The position numbers were made by a program, and so were the translations under genes. Under the pieces are notes generated by a model. That model was not told the DNA's origin. It did not search any database and saw only the letters and a list, made by a program, of their open reading frames with translations. This document shows, in pieces, positions 43,621-55,699 of a stretch of DNA of 63,152 nucleotides (the stretch's first letter is position 1; each line of letters opens with the position of its first letter). The stretch is taken from the NCBI GenBank assembly GCA_963925935.1, contig CAWUWF010000020.1, forward strand, positions 1 to 63,152, in the 5' to 3' direction. Source of the DNA: an uncultured Arenicella sp. (GTDB lineage Bacteria; Pseudomonadota; Gammaproteobacteria; Arenicellales; Arenicellaceae).

Positions 43621-44976
43621 TTAATTGCTCGCGGTGTTTGGCAAGTTTTGTGCTTGCGAGCCTTCTATCTTAGAGCCCTTAGCGTCAGGCCCTTCGGTCA
43701 GAGCTTCTACGGGGTTGCTATCAGGCCTCGCCTGCTTGGCCATAAACTCGTCGGACAACTTAACTTTGGCGCCCGCTAAGGTGCTGTTCAGAGAGGTGGT
43801 GACCACTAAGTCGTTTTCTACGATACCGCTGGTGACCAAGGTGTTCTGATCATCTTGCCAGGCAATATCGATGGCTTGTTTAACCAAGCGACCGTCACGC
43901 GCGGCATAGGTATACGTTCCTTCTCTGATGCTCTTATTGGGAATAACGAATACATTGTCGACCGTTCGACCTTGAATTCTAGCGTTTACAAATTGGCCTA
44001 TTTTTAAGGGCGCTTGGCCACTGATTTTTCCAAACGGATCTGTTACTTGTGCAATCACATCTATCTGACGAGTATGAATATCAAAAGTGCTGTCGGTGCG
44101 GGTTATCTTTGCATTCCAAGAGTGTGAGCGGCTGCCGACTGTATAGCTTAGTAATACATCGAAATCAGCGTAGGTTTCATCAGCGCCGCTTAATCGGTCG
44201 AGGCCAAGTTGGCTATACTCGTCTTGGCTGATTGGCAGGCGTACTTCAACACCATTAGTAGAGAACACTTCTGCGATCGGCGTGCCTACGCTTAGATACT
44301 GACCCAACACTGCATCACGTCGAATAATGCGCCCGGGATAAGGAGCAGTAATTTGAGTGCGACTTAAGTTTAGATTAGCGGTTTCTCTAGACGCTTTGGC
44401 CGAGTCCAACTGAGCCTTGGCGGCTGCCAACTGAGGTTTTCTGAGGACTAAAGAAGGTGCCGGTTCGGTGTTCCCTAAGCGCCTCCAGTCTTCCTCGGCT
44501 TGCTTTGCATTGGCGCGCTCCTGACGGTATCCGGCATCGGCTTGCGAGAACGAAGCCGCGGCTCGACTTAACTCTGCCTGATAATCTCGGGTATCGATTT
44601 GAATCAAAACGTCACCCTTTTGGAACGAACCACCGGTTTTGAAATCGTCCGACATGCCGACAATTTCGCCGCGTATCTGGGCAACCAAGTTACCTCTGGT
44701 TTCAGCCTCAATTGTTCCATTTGCGGTTACCACAATTGGATAGCTCGACCGATTAGCCTCAATCACATCGACCCTTACCACGGTCTCTGGAATGGCCCTC
44801 TTCTGCGCCTTGGGTTTAAATACGTTAAGAATCACAACCACAGCGCCAGTGACGAGAACAATACTCATCACGATGCGTGCCTTACGTGGTATTTTCCGAA
44901 TAATTCCCTTTACCTTGGCTGTGGCTCCATTGGAATTTGATTGTGGTTCTGTACTAAGTTTGTATTCGTTATTCAT
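43621..44976 (-). CDS. RND periplasmic adaptor (membrane fusion protein)
   Basis: N-terminal TM anchor, lipoyl half-motifs (GGSFQKGDVLIQIDTRDY and TQITAPYPGRI), alpha-hairpin and GQFVNARIQG. Confidence 0.95.
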   Translation of the reverse strand: MNNEYKLSTEPQSNSNGATAKVKGIIRKIPRKARIVMSIVLVTGAVVVILNVFKPKAQKRAIPETVVRVDVIEANRSSYPIVVTANGTIEAETRGNLVAQIRGEIVGMSDDFKTGGSFQKGDVLIQIDTRDYQAELSRAAASFSQADAGYRQERANAKQAEEDWRRLGNTEPAPSLVLRKPQLAAAKAQLDSAKASRETANLNLSRTQITAPYPGRIIRRDAVLGQYLSVGTPIAEVFSTNGVEVRLPISQDEYSQLGLDRLSGADETYADFDVLLSYTVGSRSHSWNAKITRTDSTFDIHTRQIDVIAQVTDPFGKISGQAPLKIGQFVNARIQGRTVDNVFVIPNKSIREGTYTYAARDGRLVKQAIDIAWQDDQNTLVTSGIVENDLVVTTSLNSTLAGAKVKLSDEFMAKQARPDSNPVEALTEGPDAKGSKIEGSQAQNLPNTASN

Positions 44977-45004
44977 TCTGTCTACGTCAGTTCATCTCTA
45001 GCCT

Positions 45005-46660
45005 TTACGGCTGGGCAGAACTTTTTCTAATGCTAGGTAAGTTTTTAGTGGGATCGCGCGCTTCTATGCTGCTGAAATCCCCGCCTAATGCTAAATGTAT
45101 TCCAACTCGGTTTTGGACCAGCGCATTACGAAGATTAATTTCGTCGCGCATTGAGCCGAACAACCGACGTTGTGATTCTAACACGGTTGTATAATTTTCT
45201 ATGCCCGACTGGTAGCGATCTAAGGCAAGATCTAAGCCGCCTTGGGCAAATCCCACTGCTTCTTTAATAGCGTGATGTTGATCTTGCAGTGTGTTCTCGC
45301 GAGACAAGGAATCTTCTACATCTTGAAAAGCATCTAAGGTCGTTTTGACCAACGCCGCATAACTAGATTCAGCTTGGTAAACAGCCTGTTGCTCTCGGGA
45401 TTTGAGCGCTCCTGCCAGAAGCACCGGTTGGGCAATACCGGCAATCAAGGTCATCACCATGTTGTCATTTTCAAATAAGCTATCGAACTTATCACGACTA
45501 TCGCCAATCGAGCCATTGAAGGAAATGGTTGGATAGCGATCGCGATTAGCGGCTTTGGCATTGGCTATACTTGATTTATATTGCAGTTGTCTGGCTTTGA
45601 TATCGGGCCGCCTAGTTAATAGCTGAGCGGGCAGACCGGATGGCACAGGCTCTACTAGCTCAGGAAGCTTGGCTTCCAATTCCAATTCGGTATTAGGATA
45701 TTGCCCTAATAATTTTTTAAAGGTACGTAAGGACTGTTCGAAGTCGAATTGCGCAGCCGCTAGCGCCGAAACTTGCAATTGAACATCAGTCCGACTTAGA
45801 TACACATCAAGCGCCGATCGTAAGCCGCGCTTGTAATTTTCATCAATCAAATTAGCTGTGCGCTCAAAGCTATCCAGTCGTTGATTAGCAAGGTTTAGTT
45901 GCAGTTTGTTGGTCACCAGGTTGTACCAGGCCCTGCTGACATTAGCGACCAACGATAATTCAGCTGCTTTGAACAATTCGCTTTGGGCCAAAGCGCCGTA
46001 GGCGGCTGATTTTCGACGTTGAGTCAGTTTGCCCCAAATATCGGCTTCCCAGCTAATGTCTAAAGATGCGCTGACTGTACGAACCTCTGTTGTAACACTG
46101 CCGATAGCATTAGGGTCGCCTCCAACGCCGACGCCATTAATAACGCTTACGCCGCCGGCCGCGCCAGTAACCTCAGTTCGGTTACCACTAATGCCTGCGC
46201 GTATACTCGGCCATAGGCTGGCACCACTGATTCTAACTTGTTCAATCGCGACCTTTAATTGCGCCGCAGAACTCAATAAATCCGGATTGTTGTTGATGGC
46301 TTGCTGCGCGTACTTATTCAGGTATTGATCATTGAATGCGTTTAACCAGCCCCCTTGAACCGCTACGGCCTTTGCTGCTGGCTGTTTCTGCTTGCCTTGT
46401 TCAAGCTCAACTTGCCATGTCTCGGGGACCGCGACTTGTACTTCGCTAGGCAAATTCTTAATCTGTGTCGCACAACCACTAGCAAGCACTATTAATGCGG
46501 GAATAGCCCAACGGCCAAGTCTATTGCAGGGTCTTGAAAAGTTCACTTGAGCGTTTTCTGAACGTATCGGCATAAAGTTTGGCTTGGCGAGCTGGCTCGC
46601 AATATTGGGCGTTGCTATTGGGGTCTCAGAGTCTATATTTAATGAGTTTGTTTTAGTCAT
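45005..46660 (-). CDS. Outer membrane factor lipoprotein (NodT/OprM family)
   Basis: Lipobox LASG-C, NNPDL, SWEADIWGKL, GLPAQLLTRRPDI and LALGG end. The real start may be a later ATG (MPIRSEN). Confidence 0.94.
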   Translation of the reverse strand: MTKTNSLNIDSETPIATPNIASQLAKPNFMPIRSENAQVNFSRPCNRLGRWAIPALIVLASGCATQIKNLPSEVQVAVPETWQVELEQGKQKQPAAKAVAVQGGWLNAFNDQYLNKYAQQAINNNPDLLSSAAQLKVAIEQVRISGASLWPSIRAGISGNRTEVTGAAGGVSVINGVGVGGDPNAIGSVTTEVRTVSASLDISWEADIWGKLTQRRKSAAYGALAQSELFKAAELSLVANVSRAWYNLVTNKLQLNLANQRLDSFERTANLIDENYKRGLRSALDVYLSRTDVQLQVSALAAAQFDFEQSLRTFKKLLGQYPNTELELEAKLPELVEPVPSGLPAQLLTRRPDIKARQLQYKSSIANAKAANRDRYPTISFNGSIGDSRDKFDSLFENDNMVMTLIAGIAQPVLLAGALKSREQQAVYQAESSYAALVKTTLDAFQDVEDSLSRENTLQDQHHAIKEAVGFAQGGLDLALDRYQSGIENYTTVLESQRRLFGSMRDEINLRNALVQNRVGIHLALGGDFSSIEARDPTKNLPSIRKSSAQP

Positions 46661-46791
46661 TCTTCTGTCACTCGGTCGGAATCCTATTGATACGATCTAA
46701 GCGATCGTAATCCTGCGCTATAAGGTGTTTATTTATTGTGAAAAATGAGTCCTTTTTACAAAAGCCTCGTTAACGTCGAGTATCACGACAA

Positions 46792-46800
46792 TGCTATACT
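46792..46800 (+). promoter_or_regulatory. Extended -10 element, probably for argB
   Basis: TG-C-TATACT, 40 nt upstream of the argB ATG. Confidence 0.45.
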
Positions 46801-46810
46801 TTATGGCTAA

Positions 46811-48754
<1,944 letters not shown>

Positions 48755-48917
48755 TGTTCAGACATTATCATAAGGGGTACTCGTCTTTAGATGCAATAAA
48801 TTAGCTTTGGGTTTCAATTATCTTAATTTACCCACCTTGTTCTTAGATAAAAACAGGCGGGATGCTTAAAATTGAGGTAGCCTTTTACCTAGAAACATTG
48901 TCTAACTAAAAATAGTG

Positions 48918-49712
48918 ATGAAACCGATCAAGATCAGCCAGCTGTCTGTCTATCCCGTCAAATCTGCCAATGGCAACGCAGTTTCAACGATGTGGCTGGA
49001 CGCAATGGGGCCTCAGTGGGATCGTCGGTGGATGGTGGTGGATGCGAATTATCGTTTCAGAACACAAAGAAAGTTTGCCAAAATGTGTCTCATCGAAACC
49101 AAGCTTAGTGGCGAACGCTTAACCTTATCAGCTCCAGGTGCAGGCTCGATCACCCTAGATGAGTCTAGCGCTATCGTTCAGGATGTAGTGGTTTGGCGCG
49201 ACACAGTTCAGGCCAAAGATTGTGGCGATGCTGCTGCGCAATGGTTGTCAGACTATCTTGCCAAGCCCTGTCGTTTGGTGTTCATGGCCGACAAAACTCG
49301 ACGTTTAGTCAATCCTGAGCATGCAAAAAATCAAGAGATAGTCAGCTTTGCAGATGGATATCCAATCCTGATCGTTTCGAATGAATCCCTCGAACTTCTA
49401 AATTCCAAACTTGATAGTAAGGTGCAGATGGACCGTTTTCGGCCTAATGTCGTGGTCAGCGGTTGTGCGCCGCACGCCGAAGATCAATGGAAGAGAATAA
49501 AAATAGGGGCGATTGAGATGTCTCTGGTGTCGGCTTGCTCTCGATGCATTATGCCGTCTATAGACCAGCAAACAGGCGTCAAGAACCCAAAGGTGATTGA
49601 CGCCTTACAAGAGTACCGACGCTGTGATCAAGAAATCTATTTCGGTATGAATGCAATTCACCATAATGTTGGTGAGATTGAACTTGGCGATCAAGTGACT
49701 ATTCTCGAATAG
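48918..49712 (+). CDS. MOSC domain protein (YcbX/mARC-like, without the ferredoxin domain)
   Basis: YPVKSA, DRRWMVV, FADGYP, RFRPNVVV, AEDQW and CSRC. Confidence 0.92.
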   Translation: MKPIKISQLSVYPVKSANGNAVSTMWLDAMGPQWDRRWMVVDANYRFRTQRKFAKMCLIETKLSGERLTLSAPGAGSITLDESSAIVQDVVVWRDTVQAKDCGDAAAQWLSDYLAKPCRLVFMADKTRRLVNPEHAKNQEIVSFADGYPILIVSNESLELLNSKLDSKVQMDRFRPNVVVSGCAPHAEDQWKRIKIGAIEMSLVSACSRCIMPSIDQQTGVKNPKVIDALQEYRRCDQEIYFGMNAIHHNVGEIELGDQVTILE

Positions 49713-49735
49713 CCGTAAAAATTCTGAGGGTGGAA

Positions 49736-50470
49736 TTAACTGACAAGCTCAACGACCGTTGATAGATGTTGAATCACATGGGTCGGGCGTTCTTCTAAAT
49801 CATCAAAAGCCGTTTCGCTTCGGCTACCCGCGGGGTCAAAGAAAACCCCACTCATGCCCGCACGAATGGCGCCGGCGACGTCATTGGTTGCGTGATCACC
49901 AATTTGCCACGCCTGTGCTGGACTAACCCCAGCCCTGTCTAAAGCAAGTTCAAAGACCTTTGCATCCGGTTTATGGGCGCGGGCCTGGGCACTTACCACC
50001 AGGTGATCGACTTGCGACTCTAAACCCAGTTTGTGGATCTTTGCTAGCTGTCCGCCTTCCATGCCATTGGTGATGATGCCAGTAATAAAGCCCATTTCTC
50101 TAAGCGTCGATAACGTTTGTTCTGCACCATCATGTAGCCGAACATTGTTGACTGAAAGTGATCTAAATCGCTCGACCATGGCGGTTGCCAGTTCCAGAGA
50201 TTGCACTTCGTTTGCGGTGCCGGTGGCGTGCACTGATTGCGCAAAACATTCTAGAAACCGTTGCTCTGGTGACACTGATGTCTCGAACATCGTCGCCCAT
50301 AGCTCGCTAGCATTAGTTCTTAGTGTGGCAAAAAATACTTCTTTATTCTGTGAGCCCAATTGTTCTTCAAATTGGTAGTACATTTCTGCAAATAGCTTTT
50401 TAATCGGAATTACATTTTCAATCAGCGTTTCGTCTAAATCGAAAAATATTGCTTTAGGGTTTTGCGTCAT
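49736..50470 (-). CDS. HAD-superfamily hydrolase
   Basis: FDLDETL, ITNG, KPD and IGDHATNDVAGA. Confidence 0.92.
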   Translation of the reverse strand: MTQNPKAIFFDLDETLIENVIPIKKLFAEMYYQFEEQLGSQNKEVFFATLRTNASELWATMFETSVSPEQRFLECFAQSVHATGTANEVQSLELATAMVERFRSLSVNNVRLHDGAEQTLSTLREMGFITGIITNGMEGGQLAKIHKLGLESQVDHLVVSAQARAHKPDAKVFELALDRAGVSPAQAWQIGDHATNDVAGAIRAGMSGVFFDPAGSRSETAFDDLEERPTHVIQHLSTVVELVS

Positions 50471-50504
50471 TAGGTCTGCTTATCGGGGAGTGGTAACTAT
50501 GTCT

Positions 50505-52934
50505 TTAGTTGTTTTGCTGCGGTAGAAATTCTGGGCCGAACGGCTTTAGTTTAAGCAGTAGTACTGGCATCAATACCAAGTCAGCAGCCAACGCAATTAT
50601 GATGGTGCCGCCCAGCAACACACCAAAACTTGCCAGCATATTGGTGTTTGATAATAAATACGTGGTGAACGCACAGCTTAAAATAAGGGAAGTGATAATC
50701 AGCGCTGGGCCAACGTCAACAAGGCTCAATTTAAGCGCATCTTGATAATTACCTTTCTGATAAAAGCGTTTACGGAATCGGGTGACCATGTGAATCGTAT
50801 CATCGACGGCAATCCCAATGGCAATGGTAGCGAGTAAAATTTTCATTGGGTCCAAAGGAATATTTAGCCATCCCAGAGCCCCCAAAGCAATAACCACCGG
50901 GGTCAGGTTTGGAATCATTGATATCATGCCCACTCGAATAGAGCCAAAGCTAATGCACATCAGTATCGCAATCATAATAAACACCAAACTGTAGCTTTGG
51001 ATCTGCGTGCTGCTCATATAATTAGTTAACTTCACCCACAGTAAGCCAATGCCAGTTTTGCGAACCTGCGCACTTGGGAATGGGTTTTGTGCAATGAAGC
51101 CATCGATCTCTTCAATTAATGCGGTGACTTCAGTACCGTAAGTCATGCTAATTTGTAATTCAATTACGGTGCGCGAGAAGTCATGGTTTACGAATTCTTC
51201 CAACTCGGAACCACCGGACATTTGGTAAACCAAAAAGTATTGTGCGAGTAGATCTTGTTGATCAGGGATCTGCGAATACTCTGGTTTATTGGCATGAAAT
51301 GTCTGATTTAAATCCTTCATGATGTCGGCTAGTGACATGGTTTTTTTCACTAGTGGCTGAGTTTCGGCGAACCGCTGAACCTTTTCTATGCGCTTTAACA
51401 ATTCAGGATTCTTAACGCCATTTTCGATGCCAGTGTCAACCAGATAAGACATGCGCAGCATGCCCCCCATTTCATTCTGAATCTTTTCGGTGTGTTGGCG
51501 CCATTCTACATGTGGTTTGAAATCTTTAATAAAGCTAAAGTCGTTGCGCAGATTCTTCATGCCTATAAATGACATCAGGATCGCGACACCAAAAAACGTC
51601 ATAATCAAACGCGGAGAAGCTAGGTCGAAGCGGATTATTCTATCTATAAAGGCACTAATGCCCGGTCTAACAGCCATTTTTTTTGGCTTGCTGCTGTGTT
51701 TTTCCGAAGGTTTTCCGGCGAGGAATACAACCAACAGTGTGGTTGAAAATAAAAATGTAGCGAGTACGCCAAATGCTGAGTAGATACCAAATTCAGCTAA
51801 CATCCGTAAGTCAGAGACAGACATTACTGCAAAGCCTGCGGCGGTAGTGAGCGCTGCCATCAAGCATGGACCGCCTACTTTATGTAAGGCGGCTTGGATT
51901 GCCTGATCCCGACTACTGCTTATTTCTAGCTGGCGTTGATATTCCAATAAAATATGAACGGATTGGGCAATTCCGACGGAGCAAATTAGAGTTGGCATCA
52001 ACGAGAAGAAGCTAGTCATACCCCAGTTCAAAAAACCAAGTAGCCCTGCGGTCAGGGTGATGCTAGTGATCACTACCGCCATCGGGCCCAAGACACCAGC
52101 CCATGACGCGCGAAATAAAATAAAGCACAACAGAACAATGATCAACAATGCGCCTAGCGTGATGTAGGTCATGTCGTCAAGAATCACATTATTGTACGAG
52201 GAGTTCATTGCCACATCGCCTGAAACGAAAAACTCAATACCGTGCTGCGAGAATTCAGGGCGAGCGAGAATCTCACGTACTTTTAGATCACTCACGTTTG
52301 GATACAAATTTGAGGCGGTCTGGGGTTTGGATTTATCGAAAGTAATCTCGGCCAGCGTGTTGGTGCTGGCCCGCGCCATTTGCAATACGATTGACGCATA
52401 ATCGGCATCTGTATTAACTAAATAATTTGTGTACAGAGGCTTAGACATCACAGCCTGCTTGGTCTGTAATAATTGCTCTTGGGTATCAGGGAAATTGATT
52501 AACAGTTCATCGATTTCAATATCATCCTCGCCCACCGGGCGCATGAATTCGACATTGGCTAAACTGGTGACTTCTCGCACAAAAGGCACTTCAGCCTCTA
52601 ATGCTGCCGTGAGCTCGGCAATAACTCGCATAACTTCGATGTTAAAGGGGCCGTGCTCCTTTTCTTTAGCCGAGTACATCAGGTACACAACTTCGTCAGA
52701 AACAAAATCCTCCAAATATTCGCGATATGCGATATAGGCAGGATCTTGCTTGTGGAAGAAACCGTCTAAACTATTGTCTATTCGAACAGTGCTGGCGAAA
52801 TATAAGCCTACCCCCAATACCATTATGGTAAAGATTGCGACTAGACTGCGCCAGCGAATAGACCACCGTGCAATCGCCTCAAACGCATTGTCAAAACGAT
52901 CGACTAATTTTGTTGGGTTAAGATGTGTTGTCAT
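50505..52934 (-). CDS. MMPL-family (RND superfamily) membrane transporter
   Basis: 809 aa with two repeats of a periplasmic domain plus TM bundle; MAALTTAAGF, SMIPNL and GIAVDDTIH. Confidence 0.9.
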   Translation of the reverse strand: MTTHLNPTKLVDRFDNAFEAIARWSIRWRSLVAIFTIMVLGVGLYFASTVRIDNSLDGFFHKQDPAYIAYREYLEDFVSDEVVYLMYSAKEKEHGPFNIEVMRVIAELTAALEAEVPFVREVTSLANVEFMRPVGEDDIEIDELLINFPDTQEQLLQTKQAVMSKPLYTNYLVNTDADYASIVLQMARASTNTLAEITFDKSKPQTASNLYPNVSDLKVREILARPEFSQHGIEFFVSGDVAMNSSYNNVILDDMTYITLGALLIIVLLCFILFRASWAGVLGPMAVVITSITLTAGLLGFLNWGMTSFFSLMPTLICSVGIAQSVHILLEYQRQLEISSSRDQAIQAALHKVGGPCLMAALTTAAGFAVMSVSDLRMLAEFGIYSAFGVLATFLFSTTLLVVFLAGKPSEKHSSKPKKMAVRPGISAFIDRIIRFDLASPRLIMTFFGVAILMSFIGMKNLRNDFSFIKDFKPHVEWRQHTEKIQNEMGGMLRMSYLVDTGIENGVKNPELLKRIEKVQRFAETQPLVKKTMSLADIMKDLNQTFHANKPEYSQIPDQQDLLAQYFLVYQMSGGSELEEFVNHDFSRTVIELQISMTYGTEVTALIEEIDGFIAQNPFPSAQVRKTGIGLLWVKLTNYMSSTQIQSYSLVFIMIAILMCISFGSIRVGMISMIPNLTPVVIALGALGWLNIPLDPMKILLATIAIGIAVDDTIHMVTRFRKRFYQKGNYQDALKLSLVDVGPALIITSLILSCAFTTYLLSNTNMLASFGVLLGGTIIIALAADLVLMPVLLLKLKPFGPEFLPQQNN

Positions 52935-52980
52935 TTCTAATCAGCGGGATTCAATTTAATATGCCATTAAGCGAGCCGAC

Positions 52981-53889
52981 CTAATTCTTCAAGGTAAAAT
53001 TCCCTGTTGCTTCTTGCCAGGCGCGAGTGACAACAAATTTTCTGTTTAGTCCCAAGGAGATGCCGGCAAAGCGAATTGACTGATATCCCTCATCCGCGGT
53101 CAGGCGAGTTGTGTTGAGGGTATCCTCCAAGCTGGATTGATCTGCCACGGCGGCAATCCCTATTTGCCCCAGCTGGCCTACAAAGCGCTGGTAATTTCGA
53201 ATGCCGAGACGGTCGGTAGTCGCGCCGTGGCCGGGTATAACCCGTTCGAAACTCGACTCCAACACAGTATCCAGAGTAGTTGACCATTGCTGCACTGATC
53301 CACCCGCCTCTAGGTCAATGTTTGGATAATAGTTGTTGAAAAAAAGATCACCCATTACCATCGTGTTCTCGTCTTCAATTAGAACTACTAAATCGCCATC
53401 GGTGTGCCCGCGGCCAGGGTGGCTTAGCGTGAGGGTTTTGCCACCAATCGATAGTTGCAAAGAGTCATTAAATGTTTCATTGGGCATCAGCTTAGCCGCA
53501 TCTCCCTGCCAAAAGTCAGCATCGAGTACGGTTAAGTGGGATAGAGTCCGCTGCGTTGAAACTACTCGGGTGTCAGGATCAAAGCCTGGGTTGCCGTGGG
53601 TGTGATCAAGATGGTAGTGGGTATTGATGATCATTACAGGTTCACTACCCGTTAGCTCACGTACCTTGTCGCGAATCAACTTTCCTTGCATCACAAACGT
53701 CATTGAATCAACGACCACTGCGCCCTCGGCGGTACGTAAAACCGTAGTATTACCGCCCATCCCGCGTATCACCCATAAGTCATCACTCAGTTTCTCCACA
53801 TCCAGAGAGCGAACTTGAATCAACACAAAAGCCGCGTAAGTTAAGACTAAAATGAGTAAACCGAGTACTGTTTTTTTCCAAAGCTTCAT
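52981..53889 (-). CDS. MBL-fold metallohydrolase with an N-terminal anchor or signal
   Basis: GGN, VVDS, NTHYHLDHTHGN, GHTDGD, MGDLFF and IPGHG. Confidence 0.9.
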   Translation of the reverse strand: MKLWKKTVLGLLILVLTYAAFVLIQVRSLDVEKLSDDLWVIRGMGGNTTVLRTAEGAVVVDSMTFVMQGKLIRDKVRELTGSEPVMIINTHYHLDHTHGNPGFDPDTRVVSTQRTLSHLTVLDADFWQGDAAKLMPNETFNDSLQLSIGGKTLTLSHPGRGHTDGDLVVLIEDENTMVMGDLFFNNYYPNIDLEAGGSVQQWSTTLDTVLESSFERVIPGHGATTDRLGIRNYQRFVGQLGQIGIAAVADQSSLEDTLNTTRLTADEGYQSIRFAGISLGLNRKFVVTRAWQEATGNFTLKN

Positions 53890-54212
53890 GTATTGATTCC
53901 GTTAGGGCTTGTTTTGGGCGAAGCACACACTATAAACTAGGTTGGCCTTAAAAGAGTAGTTGAACACAAAAAAGATGTGCAAGTAATTGATGTGGATAAG
54001 GAAATTACAAAAAGGTGCCCGCCTTGTTATTATTATACAAGTGTGAATTTATATCGTGAACGTAGGGTTAGGCGAGCGGGAGAAGCTCCTTCTTGGCTTT
54101 GTTAGGTATATTAAGGGCTGGTGCAGGCTTTGGTGTTGCAACTAATTTTTCTAGATTTATAAAGACTCGAAGAAAGTCGAGTCTCTCGTTTAACTAAAAT
54201 CAGGTACATTTT

Positions 54213-54470
54213 ATGTCGGATACTGAAACTGACTCATTTATTGAATTAGTACAATTAGAAAATGGCGACATCGCATTGCGAAATTCAGGTACGCCAGATG
54301 AGCCCCTGTTGACGATTAATTTTTCCGAACAGGTACGCGGTTTCTTACAGACAGATCAAATGTCTGTGGCAAACGCCATGGTAGAGGCTGGAATAAATCG
54401 TTACCGGGACGTCCAGATGGAACGAATTAAAGAAGGCCACGAAGCCGCACAAACAGGAATGCTTCACTAA
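54213..54470 (+). CDS. Small acidic hypothetical protein
   Basis: 85 aa; SFIELVQLENGDIALR...EPLLTINFS...VANAMVEAG resembles, from memory, an uncharacterised gammaproteobacterial family. Confidence 0.75.
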   Translation: MSDTETDSFIELVQLENGDIALRNSGTPDEPLLTINFSEQVRGFLQTDQMSVANAMVEAGINRYRDVQMERIKEGHEAAQTGMLH

Positions 54471-54634
54471 TTTGTTGTCAGGGCTGATTTTGATCTGAAA
54501 TGCTTATTCGAATCCTGAGGAGCTAACAATAAAACCTCACCCGGCTATGACAAATATTTGGTGCTACTTTGGGTTAGCGCCTTTGGCACCTTAGCCGGCA
54601 CATACACACTACAAGCTTAGGGCTGTCTAGAAAA

Positions 54635-55699
54635 ATGATCATTTACCATTCTGAGAATCATCAATTGCACGCACCCGAGTTTGAGTTTTATAGAGGTGAA
54701 CGAGTGCCTTGTTTCGAATCACCACGGCGTGCAGACTTGGTGCTTTCTCAATTGAAAATCCAACAGCACGAGCTGCGACTACCCGATGTTGATAGCGCCG
54801 CTGCGCTGGCGCAAGTCCACTCCGGGGCCTATCTTGAGTTTTTAAAGACCGCTTGGCAGCAATGGCTTGCGCGTGACCCGGGTAATGCAACTGAGCAACC
54901 TTTCCCTTCTGTTTGGCCAATAAGAAGCCTGCGCAGCGATGTGGAGCCAACTGACTTTATCGCTAAGTTGGGGCTCTACTCTATGGATAATGGCAGCCCC
55001 ATGGTGGCAGGTACTTGGGCCGCTGCGAAGGCCGGCGCGGATGCCGCCGCTAGTGCCGCTGCGTTAGTAGGTGCGGGGCAGCGTAGCGTGTTTTGTGCAG
55101 CCCGACCACCGGGGCACCATGCAGGAAAAGACTCTATGGGCGGCTATTGTTTTTTGAATAATGCTGCGGTAGCGACCCAGACTCTGATCAACGGTGGCAT
55201 CGAAAAAGTGGCGATACTGGATGTCGATTTTCATCACGGCAACGGCACTCAAAGTATTTTCTATGACCGAAACGATGTGCTATTTGCAAGTATTCATGGG
55301 GATCCAAAAACCGAGTATCCATTTTATCTGGGGCACGCTGATGAAACCGGAGAAGGCCTAGGCCAAGGTTATAATTTGAATCTACCATTACCCGCTGGCA
55401 GTCGGTCGGATCAGTGGTTTGCCGCTTTTGAAACAGCGTCGCAGCGGGTTAAAGAATATCAGCCTGGTGCCTTAGTGGTGTCTCTGGGTTTGGATACCTA
55501 CGCCGAAGACCCCATCTCAAACTTCGAGCTACAAATCGACGACTTTAAGGTCTTGGGACGCAAGTTAAGCCAATTGAATTTGCCGACGGTTATCATTCTT
55601 GAAGGCGGTTATGCCACTGACGATTTAGGCACCAACACTGCCTTGGTTATTGAGGGCTTTGAGCAGGCAATGACAAACGCGGGGACAAATCATGACTGA
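54635..55699 (+). CDS. Histone deacetylase family protein (acetylpolyamine amidohydrolase-like)
   Basis: FESPRR, RPPGHHA, GGYCFLNNAA, DVDFHHGNGTQ, SLGLDT and LEGGY. Confidence 0.93.
   Translation: MIIYHSENHQLHAPEFEFYRGERVPCFESPRRADLVLSQLKIQQHELRLPDVDSAAALAQVHSGAYLEFLKTAWQQWLARDPGNATEQPFPSVWPIRSLRSDVEPTDFIAKLGLYSMDNGSPMVAGTWAAAKAGADAAASAAALVGAGQRSVFCAARPPGHHAGKDSMGGYCFLNNAAVATQTLINGGIEKVAILDVDFHHGNGTQSIFYDRNDVLFASIHGDPKTEYPFYLGHADETGEGLGQGYNLNLPLPAGSRSDQWFAAFETASQRVKEYQPGALVVSLGLDTYAEDPISNFELQIDDFKVLGRKLSQLNLPTVIILEGGYATDDLGTNTALVIEGFEQAMTNAGTNHD

Noticed and set aside
53991-53999. Perfect DnaA box (TGTGGATAA, reverse complement of TTATCCACA)
   Set aside because: A single 9-mer is expected by chance roughly once per 130 kb when both strands are counted. 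There is no box cluster or unwinding element, so this is not called oriC.
54013-54040. Weak resemblance to a dif site (GGTGC...TTAT)
   Set aside because: The XerD arm TTATGTTAAAT is not matched, and the gene content is typical of the origin-proximal chromosome.
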